A stretch of 40,110 nucleotides of DNA from a virus (Duplodnaviria > Heunggongvirae > Uroviricota > Caudoviricetes), in IMG/VR virus record IMGVR_UViG_2897369580_000002; one strand, 5' to 3'. Below are positions 26,104 through 33,955 of this stretch, piece after piece (the first letter of the stretch is position 1; each line of letters opens with the position of its first letter). The translations under genes were made by a program, and so were the position numbers. Below the pieces are notes generated by a model. It was given only the letters and a program-made list of their open reading frames with translations. It was not told the origin of the DNA and did no database searches.

Positions 26104-27579
26104 TTAAGCATATGGATCGTAATCTGTGATGGCCTTGCCTTGCTGGTTCTGCTGCCCGGGAATTCGCAGACGCTTCGACACAGGGAACGCAAACGTCAGC
26201 AGTAGCGCATCGCCTTTACCAGGAGAACGCCCAAGCCGCTCCTTGATATCTTCCTTCGGTTCGATAACGATTTTACCGTCCACTCGAACTTTGTACTCTG
26301 CCGCAGACAGGTCGTCCGCTGTTTCCTGGTCATCCAGCATGCCGCCCAGCCTCAGCCATGTCTTGCATGAGTTGAACATCTCCCCACGCTTGTTGAGCAT
26401 CTGCGGGTCAGTAGACGCGCCACCGAACGGAACAAGTTGCCATGTACGACCCCAGCCATCACCGATTGACTTCAGACCAGTTCCGTAACCGAAGTCGATG
26501 AACACCGCGTCAGCCTGGTACTGGTCTTCAAAGTCAGCGATACGCTTCGCCATAATCAGATCGTCGGTGGTCTTGTTACCAGTCCATAGCACCTTACTGT
26601 GCAGCCCCTGCCGCAGGTATATCACCGCGTCATCAACGCCTGAATATGCCGGGTCAACACCGATTATCACCGGAGCATGCGCCACCTGCGCAGCGGTTAC
26701 CACCCGTTTCATTGCCTCATCAGTAAGACCGGTAGGGATAAACTGCAATTCAGATGCATCAGGGAATATGCCGCGCACACGGATTTTAACGAAGTCGCTG
26801 TCTTCCCCGTAGTCATCAACCCATTTCTGCAACTGCTGTTTGTTAGTGCCTTCCACCGTCCGGCTGTCAATCTGCGCAGTTTTCCAGCGGTGTTTATATT
26901 TGCGGAAACATTCACGGAATCGCCCGGTATTACGCGTCGGGTTTCCGAACGCCACCCAGATAATCTCAGTGTCTTCGTCCGTTAGCGCACCTTCGGCAAC
27001 TTCCCACACCAGATCCGCAATATTCGACGCTTCATCGAATACCACGATGATGCGTTTGCGCTCGTTGTGTAGTCCGGCGAATGCCTCAGTGTTGTGCTCA
27101 GACCAGGGGATTGCGTCAGCTCGCCACCGCTTGTCGTGTCCAGGGTCATTGCTGTACATCGCGGTAGCTGTACAGGTAAACCAGTCTTTCGTGATAGCAA
27201 GGTTTGACCACTTGATAATTTCCGGCCAGGTCTTCGTTCGTAGCTGGTTGTCGGTGTTGGCGGTCACCACGACCTTACAATCCTCGCAAGTGGACATGCC
27301 CCAGTTGATCAGCATTGAGATGAATGCGGATTTACCAATACCGTGACCCGAAGCACGTGCCAGCATAAGCGGCTGATAGCGCGTCTCTGGATTCTGCAGG
27401 TGATCACGTATCTCTCGGAACGCATCAGCCTGCCACTTACGTGGGCCGGTAGCATGTGCCAGTTCAGTCCCCTCTTCCCCCCACGGGAACGCATAGAGGG
27501 CATAGCCAAGCGGATCGTGAGTGAACCCTGCAATATCCTCGATCAACTGCTCTTCAGGAGATAACGCTGTATCTGTCAC
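26104..27579 (-). CDS. terminase large subunit
   Basis: 491 aa; GTG start overlapping small-subunit stop (GTGA); ATPase P-loop-like GHGIGKS and C-terminal nuclease region. Confidence 0.85.
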   Translation of the reverse strand: MTDTALSPEEQLIEDIAGFTHDPLGYALYAFPWGEEGTELAHATGPRKWQADAFREIRDHLQNPETRYQPLMLARASGHGIGKSAFISMLINWGMSTCEDCKVVVTANTDNQLRTKTWPEIIKWSNLAITKDWFTCTATAMYSNDPGHDKRWRADAIPWSEHNTEAFAGLHNERKRIIVVFDEASNIADLVWEVAEGALTDEDTEIIWVAFGNPTRNTGRFRECFRKYKHRWKTAQIDSRTVEGTNKQQLQKWVDDYGEDSDFVKIRVRGIFPDASELQFIPTGLTDEAMKRVVTAAQVAHAPVIIGVDPAYSGVDDAVIYLRQGLHSKVLWTGNKTTDDLIMAKRIADFEDQYQADAVFIDFGYGTGLKSIGDGWGRTWQLVPFGGASTDPQMLNKRGEMFNSCKTWLRLGGMLDDQETADDLSAAEYKVRVDGKIVIEPKEDIKERLGRSPGKGDALLLTFAFPVSKRLRIPGQQNQQGKAITDYDPYA

Positions 27580-28172
27580 TGATTACCATCCTGACGTTCT
27601 TTGAGTCGCTTCCTGGCTGCTGCTATGCGATCAGCAATTGTCACATTCACATTAACATCCAGACGTTCTTTGAACGCGTTGACATCAACATGCTTACCAA
27701 TCAGCTCAAGGTTCTTCACCTTGTCAGGCCATTTAATTTTTTTGAGGATTGTCTCTATCGAATCCTCGTTCATGTTCATGATGGTCGATGACAGATCAAA
27801 GCCACTAAGCGTAGTGCGCCAGATTTTCGGCCACTCACGGATTGGTTTAAGGCTCCCATCGTCGTTGAGGATGTCGATCACGTCCATCTGGTCGATCTCC
27901 ACCAGGCGCATGAGAACGTAATCAGCACTGACGCGCATTCGTTTGTTGCGCTCCTCCATCAACTCGGCAATCCGTTTTTGAATGCGTTCATCGCGCATCA
28001 TGACGCTGGCTTTAACTGCCGCTGTATTTGGGGAGAATCCTGCGTTAATCGCTGCCTGAGTCTGGTTTTCAGGCGTTTTGATGTATGACTGGCAATAAGC
28101 CTCCTGCATTGCTGTTAGTGGCTTAAATTGCGTTGATTTGCGTTTATAGGTTTTAGGTTCAGCAGGCATCAT
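27576..28172 (-). CDS. terminase small subunit
   Basis: Small-terminase-like helix-turn-helix region (AMQEAYCQSYIK...QTQAAINAGFSPNTAAVKAS); start placed at internal ATGATG (28172/28169) because the ORF-track N-terminal 32 codons are encoded by palindromic GGTAATAGTTACC repeats; alternative start 28268. Confidence 0.7.
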   Translation of the reverse strand: MMPAEPKTYKRKSTQFKPLTAMQEAYCQSYIKTPENQTQAAINAGFSPNTAAVKASVMMRDERIQKRIAELMEERNKRMRVSADYVLMRLVEIDQMDVIDILNDDGSLKPIREWPKIWRTTLSGFDLSSTIMNMNEDSIETILKKIKWPDKVKNLELIGKHVDVNAFKERLDVNVNVTIADRIAAARKRLKERQDGNQ

Positions 28173-28189
28173 AACCACCGTGGTAATAG

Positions 28190-28204
28190 TTACCGTTTTG
28201 GTAA
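28190..28204. promoter_or_regulatory. palindrome TTACC-N5-GGTAA (copy 5) within nested GGTAATAGT(T)ACC repeats
   Basis: GTTACCGTTTTGGTAAT at 28189-28205; flanked by GGTAATAGTTACC (28182-28194) and GGTAATAGTACC (28200-28211). Confidence 0.5.
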
Positions 28205-28281
28205 TAGTACCATGCAAAATAAAGCCGCCATAGTTGGCGGCAGTATCCAAAACCGTCAAATTCATCATGCATAATCTACTC

Positions 28282-28293
28282 GTGACATGTCAC
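28282..28293. repeat. 12-bp palindrome GTGACATGTCAC (copy C)
   Basis: Overlaps stop codon of the 28290-28637 gene, upstream of terminase small subunit. Confidence 0.7.
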
Positions 28294-28637
28294 ACTATTA
28301 ATTTCGTTTCATGCCAGCCTTTAGTCACCCAGCATTGCGAGTCACCATTACACGGGCATGAATTAACTGGAACTCTCTCGCCGCACTTACCGCAACGTTT
28401 TCTGCTGATCGATTTTATACGCCCGCGCACACGTGCATCATCCTGGCGGATCAGCAGCGCGATGTACTCGGCCATTTCATAGGGATCGCGACCAGGGCGC
28501 CGGGCGGCGCAGTTCCGCGCCAGCATTTCCTGCTCCTGCTTATCCAGCACCAGTTCAATTTTGCGCTCACCGGCGGCGGACTGCCGAGCGCGCTGCGCGG
28601 CTTTGCGTTCTGCGGGGGATTTAGCCACGAATCGCAC
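28290..28637 (-). CDS. hypothetical protein with C-terminal Cys-rich (zinc-ribbon-like) motif
   Basis: GTG start; basic helical N-terminus; C-terminal CGKCGERVPVNSCPCNGDSQC; directly upstream of the terminase genes. Confidence 0.5.
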   Translation of the reverse strand: MRFVAKSPAERKAAQRARQSAAGERKIELVLDKQEQEMLARNCAARRPGRDPYEMAEYIALLIRQDDARVRGRIKSISRKRCGKCGERVPVNSCPCNGDSQCWVTKGWHETKLIV

Positions 28638-28743
28638 TCCACGCCAGATTGATTAATGACTCCCAGGTAATATAAACCCGGATACCAGCAGCCAGGCCGA
28701 AACCAATCACCATGGCATAAAGCAGAGCGTTGCACTTGTTCAT
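28621..28743 (-). CDS. small single-pass membrane peptide
   Basis: ATG at 28743 overlapping upstream stop, strong RBS GGAGGTGAAG; 40 aa hydrophobic (MNKCNALLYAMVIGFGLAAGIRVY...). Confidence 0.45.
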   Translation of the reverse strand: MNKCNALLYAMVIGFGLAAGIRVYITWESLINLAWSAIRG

Positions 28744-29651
28744 CACTTCACCTCCTGCGGCGGTTCTGGTAGCGGCATCCAGTGTGACGGTTTCCACGAC
28801 GCACCAGGAATTATCCACCCATCATTAGCGTCAGGATGCCCCGGGATGTAAGTCGCCCATTTCATTCGCCAGTCACCTTTCCTGTCAAACTCCACGGCAA
28901 CAAGAACGGCTGTTTTGGTATCCGGCATTCGCTCACTACAGCTTATCAAACCATCCGGAGTTACCGGATAGTTGCCAGCCAGTCTACGCAAAACAGTCTT
29001 AACCGCCTCAATACGGTCATCATCGCAACTTTCCAGCGTATCTATGCGATCGAGCATGATGATGGCGTTATCAATATCAGGATTGCCGGTCCACTCATTA
29101 CCGCGATTGGATTCGGCAGCCTGGTTGCCGCGTACTGGTTGATTATCGGCTTTACCCAGTCTGTCGTTGCTGCATGAATGCCCTTCCAGCAAGGCCAATG
29201 CTTGTCGCATGAAATACGCAATATGTTTGCCGTGGTAATCGTCTTCATCGATGTGAAAAGCGATACTGCGGATGTATTCAATTGCGTTTTCAATGGCCTC
29301 AGGCGTTATCGGAGTTGGTCCATCGAATTCGGGCATGTCAGGACCTTTTCTGATAGCTTTAGCCAGCTCCAGCGGGTCATCGTAAAGCCAGTCGCCAGTT
29401 TGTGGGTGATTTGCTTCTGCAAGCTGCGCAGCCCATTCAAGACCATCTTTTTGACCTTGGAGATAATCAAGTGGCAACTCTTCATGATTACTTGCAGGTT
29501 CGGCACTATCAGCTTCGCGCCGCTTCTGTAGCTCTGCTGCCATTGCTCTCACGACTTCAACTGGTGCCCTTGCAGCAAACTCTATGTTGGTGATCAGCTC
29601 ATTAAGATATTGCTCGCCTGGATACTGTTTCTTATCGGTTATAGTGGTCAT
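28743..29651 (-). CDS. hypothetical protein with DUF551-like C-terminal domain
   Basis: Start corrected to ATG at 29651 (RBS AAGGAGAG; ORF-track start 29672 is TTG); C-terminal region with conserved Trp/Pro pattern (WMPLPEPP) resembling DUF551. Confidence 0.5.
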   Translation of the reverse strand: MTTITDKKQYPGEQYLNELITNIEFAARAPVEVVRAMAAELQKRREADSAEPASNHEELPLDYLQGQKDGLEWAAQLAEANHPQTGDWLYDDPLELAKAIRKGPDMPEFDGPTPITPEAIENAIEYIRSIAFHIDEDDYHGKHIAYFMRQALALLEGHSCSNDRLGKADNQPVRGNQAAESNRGNEWTGNPDIDNAIIMLDRIDTLESCDDDRIEAVKTVLRRLAGNYPVTPDGLISCSERMPDTKTAVLVAVEFDRKGDWRMKWATYIPGHPDANDGWIIPGASWKPSHWMPLPEPPQEVK

Positions 29652-29652
29652 A

Positions 29653-30012
29653 TCACTCTCCTTTGATGCCAATGTTTACAGCTTGGCAAGCCTCTCTGAG
29701 CACCCAGTCAACAGCATCCTTCCATGCTCCTGTTTCGACTGGCGGATTCTCACGCTTTACCTGTTCATAAAAGCGCACGGCTTTAACCAGTCCTTCTGAT
29801 GTCACCGGGACTGGCGGGCCGATGAATAAGGCCTGAATTTCATAGTTCGGCCTGTCGTTACAATCCTCTTTTGTCGGTACATATTTCCAGTCACCAGCCC
29901 ACGGCTTCCCCTGAAAGTCTGTAACGTCTTTTTTCACGTAGCGATATCGCCATGCAACTGGTTTTGCCTGCCCTGCCGTTTCATGCCCTTCCTGATAATT
30001 AATCTCGCTCAT
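29653..30012 (-). CDS. hypothetical protein
   Basis: ATG start; 119 aa; coupled to flanking small genes. Confidence 0.45.
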   Translation of the reverse strand: MSEINYQEGHETAGQAKPVAWRYRYVKKDVTDFQGKPWAGDWKYVPTKEDCNDRPNYEIQALFIGPPVPVTSEGLVKAVRFYEQVKRENPPVETGAWKDAVDWVLREACQAVNIGIKGE

Positions 30013-30185
30013 TCATCGCCCCACTCATCACAATATGCTTCGACCGGAGTTTTTCCTGCTTCATAATCATCACGCCATGCTTCAGCATCAGCAGCACTGC
30101 CACCACGTAACTCTGCATAGTCCATTAACAGTTCATGCCATGCTTCAAAACTGACGTTGTATTTAGTTGAACCAAAATCAGCCAT
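30009..30185 (-). CDS. small hypothetical protein (below ORF-track length cutoff)
   Basis: ATG at 30185 with RBS GAGGAAGAG; 58 codons; stop overlaps the next ATG (ATGA). Confidence 0.3.
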   Translation of the reverse strand: MADFGSTKYNVSFEAWHELLMDYAELRGGSAADAEAWRDDYEAGKTPVEAYCDEWGDE

Positions 30186-30265
30186 TTTGCTCTTCCTCTT
30201 CGTCTTTTATTTCGTGATATGAGTAATTGCAGTAGTTAAAAATCGCGGCATCGACAAGCTCTCTG

Positions 30266-30580
30266 TTAGTCATTCTTTTTCCGCTCACTGGCTGCCTCCT
30301 TTACTGGGCTTTCGAATGTATCAAACTCAAACAACTTAACTACGTCATCAAACAGGACATAATCGCCATCAGAATCTTCAGTCATGTCAGCGCCACAATC
30401 CTGACCGAACGAGTCACAACCATCCATATCAAGCTCGTATCGCTTCAGGTTTGCGATATTTGATAAATTCAGCGCCAGTACAGCCAGGTCATAAACCTCA
30501 TCAGCGGTATACCCGGCACCATGCCCATACATTTCAATGCGGGATATGATTTCTTCTACACGTTGTTTTGTGATCGTCAT
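30266..30580 (-). CDS. hypothetical acidic protein
   Basis: ATG with RBS AGGAAGGTGAG; 104 aa. Confidence 0.45.
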   Translation of the reverse strand: MTITKQRVEEIISRIEMYGHGAGYTADEVYDLAVLALNLSNIANLKRYELDMDGCDSFGQDCGADMTEDSDGDYVLFDDVVKLFEFDTFESPVKEAASERKKND

Positions 30581-30582
30581 TT

Positions 30583-31107
30583 TTACTCACCTTCCTGTTC
30601 TTCCAGAAAAATACGCATAGCCTCAAGCATCTCTTCGGTGTCATACGGTGACAACTTGTCACGCAGGATGTGTTCAATGCTGTTAATGAACTTGCGGATT
30701 GCTTTGCGTTCAATTTCAGCCAGAAAAGCATCGGTGGCTGGAGTTTCGCTGTGGTGCAGGGCATCGTTGATAATCATTGCAGCAACTCCGGCCTGCCCTG
30801 CATCCGTGACCGACACATGCTCAAGAGTTACAGCCATTGCATGTTTCAGCCCCGCATTCTCCGCTGCCAGCGCCGAAAACTTCTCGTGTGCCAACTTAAC
30901 AGCTGCATCAGCCTGCTTAATTGACTCAATCGCTTTCTGCTGGTCTTCGGCCAGCGCATTAGCACGCACCAGTTGCACTTCCAGTTGCGTTGCCAAATCG
31001 CTGATCAGCTTTGCCACACTGCGCATATCAACGGCACCACATTCTGCTTTCAGTTCCGAAGCCATCTCATGCCCGGCGGCAACTAACCCTTTGATATTAC
31101 TTTCCAT
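30583..31107 (-). CDS. hypothetical protein
   Basis: ATG with RBS GAGGGTAAAG; 174 aa, helical. Confidence 0.45.
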   Translation of the reverse strand: MESNIKGLVAAGHEMASELKAECGAVDMRSVAKLISDLATQLEVQLVRANALAEDQQKAIESIKQADAAVKLAHEKFSALAAENAGLKHAMAVTLEHVSVTDAGQAGVAAMIINDALHHSETPATDAFLAEIERKAIRKFINSIEHILRDKLSPYDTEEMLEAMRIFLEEQEGE

Positions 31108-31119
31108 CTTTACCCTCGC

Positions 31120-31128
31120 TTATCCACA
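31120..31128. promoter_or_regulatory. DnaA-box-like 9-mer TTATCCACA
   Basis: Exact match to the DnaA box consensus in the intergenic region upstream of the 30583-31107 gene; tandem TTGATAAC repeats at 31136-31152 nearby. Confidence 0.3.
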
Positions 31129-31168
31129 TAACTTATTGATAACATTGATAACTAAAAAGATCGTCGAT

Positions 31169-31513
31169 TCAGAACTCTTCGATATTCCAGCCACCACCTG
31201 CTTTCTTTGGTTTAACCGTTACCCCGATGATTCGGAACGGATACTGATCTGCGGCGACTTTGGTTTTCACCCTGGCGTCGTCGGTCCAGAAACCTTTCAC
31301 TTCGTGCAGTTCCATCTCGCCGGTGGCGAGCATCACAGCAAAATCGGGCGTATAGAACGTGTTGTCAGCTAACCGCAGCTTGATACCCTCAAATCGATAC
31401 CAGACGATTTCTCCTGCACGTTTACGCAGCTCAAGGTGCTGGCAATACGCAGATTCTGTTTTGTTCATCTGACCTGTTTTGAGTCGACCAAGAGCCTGTA
31501 TCTGTTTTCTCAT
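31169..31513 (-). CDS. DUF1064-like phage protein (putative nuclease)
   Basis: ATG with RBS GAGGTAAATC; pattern ...ELRKRAGEIVWYRFEG...FYTPDFAV...ELHEVKG resembling DUF1064 phage proteins. Confidence 0.5.
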   Translation of the reverse strand: MRKQIQALGRLKTGQMNKTESAYCQHLELRKRAGEIVWYRFEGIKLRLADNTFYTPDFAVMLATGEMELHEVKGFWTDDARVKTKVAADQYPFRIIGVTVKPKKAGGGWNIEEF

Positions 31514-31516
31514 GAT

Positions 31517-31531
31517 TTACCTCTGAGGTAA
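31517..31531. promoter_or_regulatory. palindrome TTACC-N5-GGTAA (copy 6)
   Basis: TTTACCTCTGAGGTAAT at 31516-31532, 4 nt upstream of the DUF1064 start codon (one arm doubles as Shine-Dalgarno). Confidence 0.55.
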
Positions 31532-31578
31532 TTAAAAACCACATAAGACACGAAATCAATAGATTTTAGAATATTTTA

Positions 31579-31593
31579 TTACCTAACAGGTAA
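31579..31593. promoter_or_regulatory. palindrome TTACC-N5-GGTAA (copy 7)
   Basis: ATTACCTAACAGGTAAT at 31578-31594, perfect 6-bp arms. Confidence 0.6.
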
Positions 31594-31630
31594 TTGTCGA
31601 GGCGTAAAAAAATGCGCTATCGCGCTGGTA

Positions 31631-32416
31631 TTACTTGATAAATCCTGCCGCCTTTCCCCGCCTGTATTCCTCCATCAGCCACTGCGCCGGTGTTATTCCC
31701 CCAAGGGTGGCGGCGTTAGGCATGCACCCGAAACTTCGCCCTGGTGGATGGTAAACGTCTCTCCCTGTGTCCGGAGGCGTACTCATGGGCTCTGGCTTTG
31801 CCTGTATGCTGATCACCGGATCGGGTATCTGCTGTCCGGAAGCCACCTTTTTCGCCCAATCATCGAGCAGCCTGCGTGCGTGTTTCTCAACCTCAATCTC
31901 GCTAAGCTGGCGCTGATACATTGCACGGCGGGTATCACATACGACCCAGTACATAACCGGATGTCGCCACGGGAATCTTTCGGGACCACCAGGATATAAA
32001 CTTTTTTCCTTGCTGTACCGGTGAAACTCCGCCATCACATCGTCAATGGTGACGCCAAGAACCATCTTGCTGTCTTTGCACCACTTGATAAATTGCCCTG
32101 GAGACGGCCAGAACGGAGATTCACTGGCGCGGGCGTGGCGCATACCAGCAGAAACCTGTTCACGGGTTCGGATCCCCCCTTCGGCAAACGCAGCAATCCA
32201 CTGCTGTTTTGCAGCAACTTCCTGCTCTGGCGTCTTCAGGTTGGTTACCACTGCCGCCGGAAACAGTTGTTTCAGCTGTTTAAAAAGGGCATCAACAAGC
32301 CTCTCTGCTGACATGTTCACCACATTGTCATTGTTGACGTACTGATGCTCATAACCTGACATGCGAGAAAGGGCTTCTCCGTCACGGTTTTGTATCGCGG
32401 TAAAAACGTTGTTCAC
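31631..32416 (-). CDS. replication protein P-like (helicase loader)
   Basis: Matches recalled lambda P motifs (FWPSPGQFIKWC vs FLPSPGQFVAWC; GIRTREQVSAGMRHAR vs GITTMEQVNAGMRVAR); likely GTG start at 32416 with RBS GGGAGG overlapping the O-like stop. Confidence 0.75.
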   Translation of the reverse strand: MNNVFTAIQNRDGEALSRMSGYEHQYVNNDNVVNMSAERLVDALFKQLKQLFPAAVVTNLKTPEQEVAAKQQWIAAFAEGGIRTREQVSAGMRHARASESPFWPSPGQFIKWCKDSKMVLGVTIDDVMAEFHRYSKEKSLYPGGPERFPWRHPVMYWVVCDTRRAMYQRQLSEIEVEKHARRLLDDWAKKVASGQQIPDPVISIQAKPEPMSTPPDTGRDVYHPPGRSFGCMPNAATLGGITPAQWLMEEYRRGKAAGFIK

Positions 32417-33204
32417 AAGAAATCCTCCCATGCTTCAGGGCTGTTCCAGTGCGGAACGTTGTTATCAGGTAATGTTGATTGCTTCTGTCTGCTAATCTGC
32501 AGCCGCCTTGCCAGCTTCTGCTCCCACTGTGCCTGATGGTATGCCTTACCCTCAGCCATCCAGTAAATTCTGAACTCTGCAAGTTCCTGTGCCGTTGGCA
32601 GACTGTCCAGGTAGATCCCCTGCAATGAGCTTTTCCGAAGAAAGTCATCTGATGGCTGCCATTGTTCATGCATGACAAATTTGCCTAATTGCCCTGGCCC
32701 ACCAGGAGGAACAAAGTTATTCATCACGGCGTTGTTTGCGCCGGGGTCATGAGGCACAGAATCCCCGCTTTTTGTCCTGCTCTCCCTCTCTTGGTTAAAT
32801 GACTGGTTATATGACTGGTTCTGGATCCCGTTTTTGGGATCATTCAACATCCCGTTTTTGGGTATATTCCCGTTTTCGGTAACATTACCGTTTTCGGGTT
32901 CATTGCCCCCCTCCCGGTTGCCTTTAATGTTCCCGTTTTTGGTTATATTAAGAGAGAAAACCCGCACTCTTTTTGTCGCTCCCTTTCTCTCTCCGGTATC
33001 TGAAATAAGCCCCATTTTCATGAGCGATATAAGCCCGGCCTGCACGGTTTTTTTATTCAGGCAAGTGTCTTTAACGAGGCGTTCTATGCTGGGGTAGCAG
33101 AGGTTATATTCATCGGCTCTGTCAGCCATCGAGAGCAGTATGAGCTTTAATGATGAGCTACCTGGATCTGTCTCCCAGGCCCAATCTGTTGCATGTCTGC
33201 TCAT
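32413..33204 (-). CDS. replication initiator (lambda O-like) with internal iterons
   Basis: ATG with RBS GGAG; N-terminal winged-helix-like region; central repetitive peptide (NGNIKGN..NGNVTENGNIPKNG) encoded by iteron repeats; upstream of P-like gene. Confidence 0.65.
   Translation of the reverse strand: MSRHATDWAWETDPGSSSLKLILLSMADRADEYNLCYPSIERLVKDTCLNKKTVQAGLISLMKMGLISDTGERKGATKRVRVFSLNITKNGNIKGNREGGNEPENGNVTENGNIPKNGMLNDPKNGIQNQSYNQSFNQERESRTKSGDSVPHDPGANNAVMNNFVPPGGPGQLGKFVMHEQWQPSDDFLRKSSLQGIYLDSLPTAQELAEFRIYWMAEGKAYHQAQWEQKLARRLQISRQKQSTLPDNNVPHWNSPEAWEDFL
32825..32946. repeat. iteron array (candidate origin of replication) inside the O-like gene
   Basis: Five direct repeats of about 16-18 bp with core CCCGTTTT(T/C)GG at 32826, 32850, 32869, 32888 and 32931. 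Confidence 0.65.
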
Positions 33205-33219
33205 GATTAATCTCCGCTA

Positions 33220-33420
33220 TCAGCTTGAGTGTTGTGGGGAGGAATTAATCATGATCTGCTTAATCTCTGCCCTGATGCGACGGTTTGATTCCATGGTGCA
33301 CTCAACACAGTGTCCGTTGTAAACCCAGCGTTCACTGTCATGTCCGTGCTTACATGGTTTTCCGGTGTAGTAGCGTTTAAGTCCGCGCTTTGCGGCATCA
33401 ATACGTGTAATGATTTCCAT
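33220..33420 (-). CDS. small protein with Cys/His motif (CKHGH...CVEC)
   Basis: Probable ATG at 33420 (MEIITRIDAAKRG...); ORF-track start 33483 adds a hydrophobic extension; between Cro-like and O-like genes. Confidence 0.4.
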   Translation of the reverse strand: MEIITRIDAAKRGLKRYYTGKPCKHGHDSERWVYNGHCVECTMESNRRIRAEIKQIMINSSPQHSS

Positions 33421-33500
33421 GGTAAGCCCTGTTATTAGTATTGGGATTACGGTTATTTTGTGCTGACACAAAAAAAAGATCAACCATATTTGGTTTTTTA

Positions 33501-33515
33501 TTACCTTTAAGGTGC
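33501..33515. promoter_or_regulatory. degenerate TTACC-N5-GGTGC palindrome (copy 8)
   Basis: ATTACCTTTAAGGTGCG at 33500-33516; right arm GGTGC instead of GGTAA. Confidence 0.4.
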
Positions 33516-33570
33516 GAATAGATATGAAAAGACCGCCGGGTGGCGGTCTACAGAGGGGTGTAGCTGGATA

Positions 33571-33801
33571 TCATGAGTAGAAGAAGTATGCCAGTTCTGC
33601 TTTTGAGCGCAACCATTGTCTTGTTTTACAGGCTTTAAAAAGCCCATTCATCAATACTTTACCTGGCATTTTGCGCTTACCTGTTAAGTGAGTCTGGATA
33701 TAGTGACTCGTCGTTCCGGCTTCCTGTGCGAAGGCTTCACGCTCATCCGGAGTAAGTGCAAGCCAGTGCTTTTTGAAATCGAAATGTCCGTTATCGCTCA
33801 T
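33571..33801 (-). CDS. Cro-like small HTH regulator (first gene of rightward/early-replication operon)
   Basis: 76 aa, divergent from the repressor gene; HTH-like segment EAFAQEAGTTSHYIQTHLTG. Confidence 0.5.
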   Translation of the reverse strand: MSDNGHFDFKKHWLALTPDEREAFAQEAGTTSHYIQTHLTGKRKMPGKVLMNGLFKACKTRQWLRSKAELAYFFYS

Positions 33802-33813
33802 AGCTATTGCCTG

Positions 33814-33837
33814 ATATTTATTTCAGATAATAAATAT
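33814..33837. promoter_or_regulatory. AT-rich inverted repeat in the immunity-region divergent promoter
   Basis: ATATTTATT-tcagat-AATAAATAT, perfect 9-bp arms. Confidence 0.5.
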
Positions 33838-33868
33838 TCACCCATAAGGTAACAAAAATCAAGGATAG

Positions 33869-33883
33869 TTACCTATGAGGTGC
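33869..33883. promoter_or_regulatory. degenerate TTACC-N5-GGTGC palindrome (copy 9)
   Basis: GTTACCTATGAGGTGCA at 33868-33884. Confidence 0.4.
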
Positions 33884-33885
33884 AT

Positions 33886-33900
33886 TTACCCGTTGGGTAA
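33886..33900. promoter_or_regulatory. palindrome TTACC-N5-GGTAA (copy 10)
   Basis: TTTACCCGTTGGGTAAT at 33885-33901, between divergent Cro-like and repressor genes. Confidence 0.55.
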
Positions 33901-33955
33901 TATTGCTTTAAATTGAATCATCTACTGATTCATATATGAGGCGATTTTCCAGAAA

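Noticed and set aside
28173-28268. Upstream start (28268) for terminase small subunit
   Set aside because: No Shine-Dalgarno, the extension is encoded by palindromic repeats, and the conserved domain begins at the internal ATG; kept only as an alternative.
30521-31372. 283-aa plus-strand ORF across the nin-like region
   Set aside because: Antisense to three minus-strand genes that have good RBS and start codons; Ser/Cys/Ala-rich shadow translation.
32825-32946. Direct repeats as a CRISPR array
   Set aside because: Repeats are short and imperfect, spacers are about 3-8 bp, the array lies inside an in-frame replication-initiator gene, and there are no cas genes; iterons fit better.
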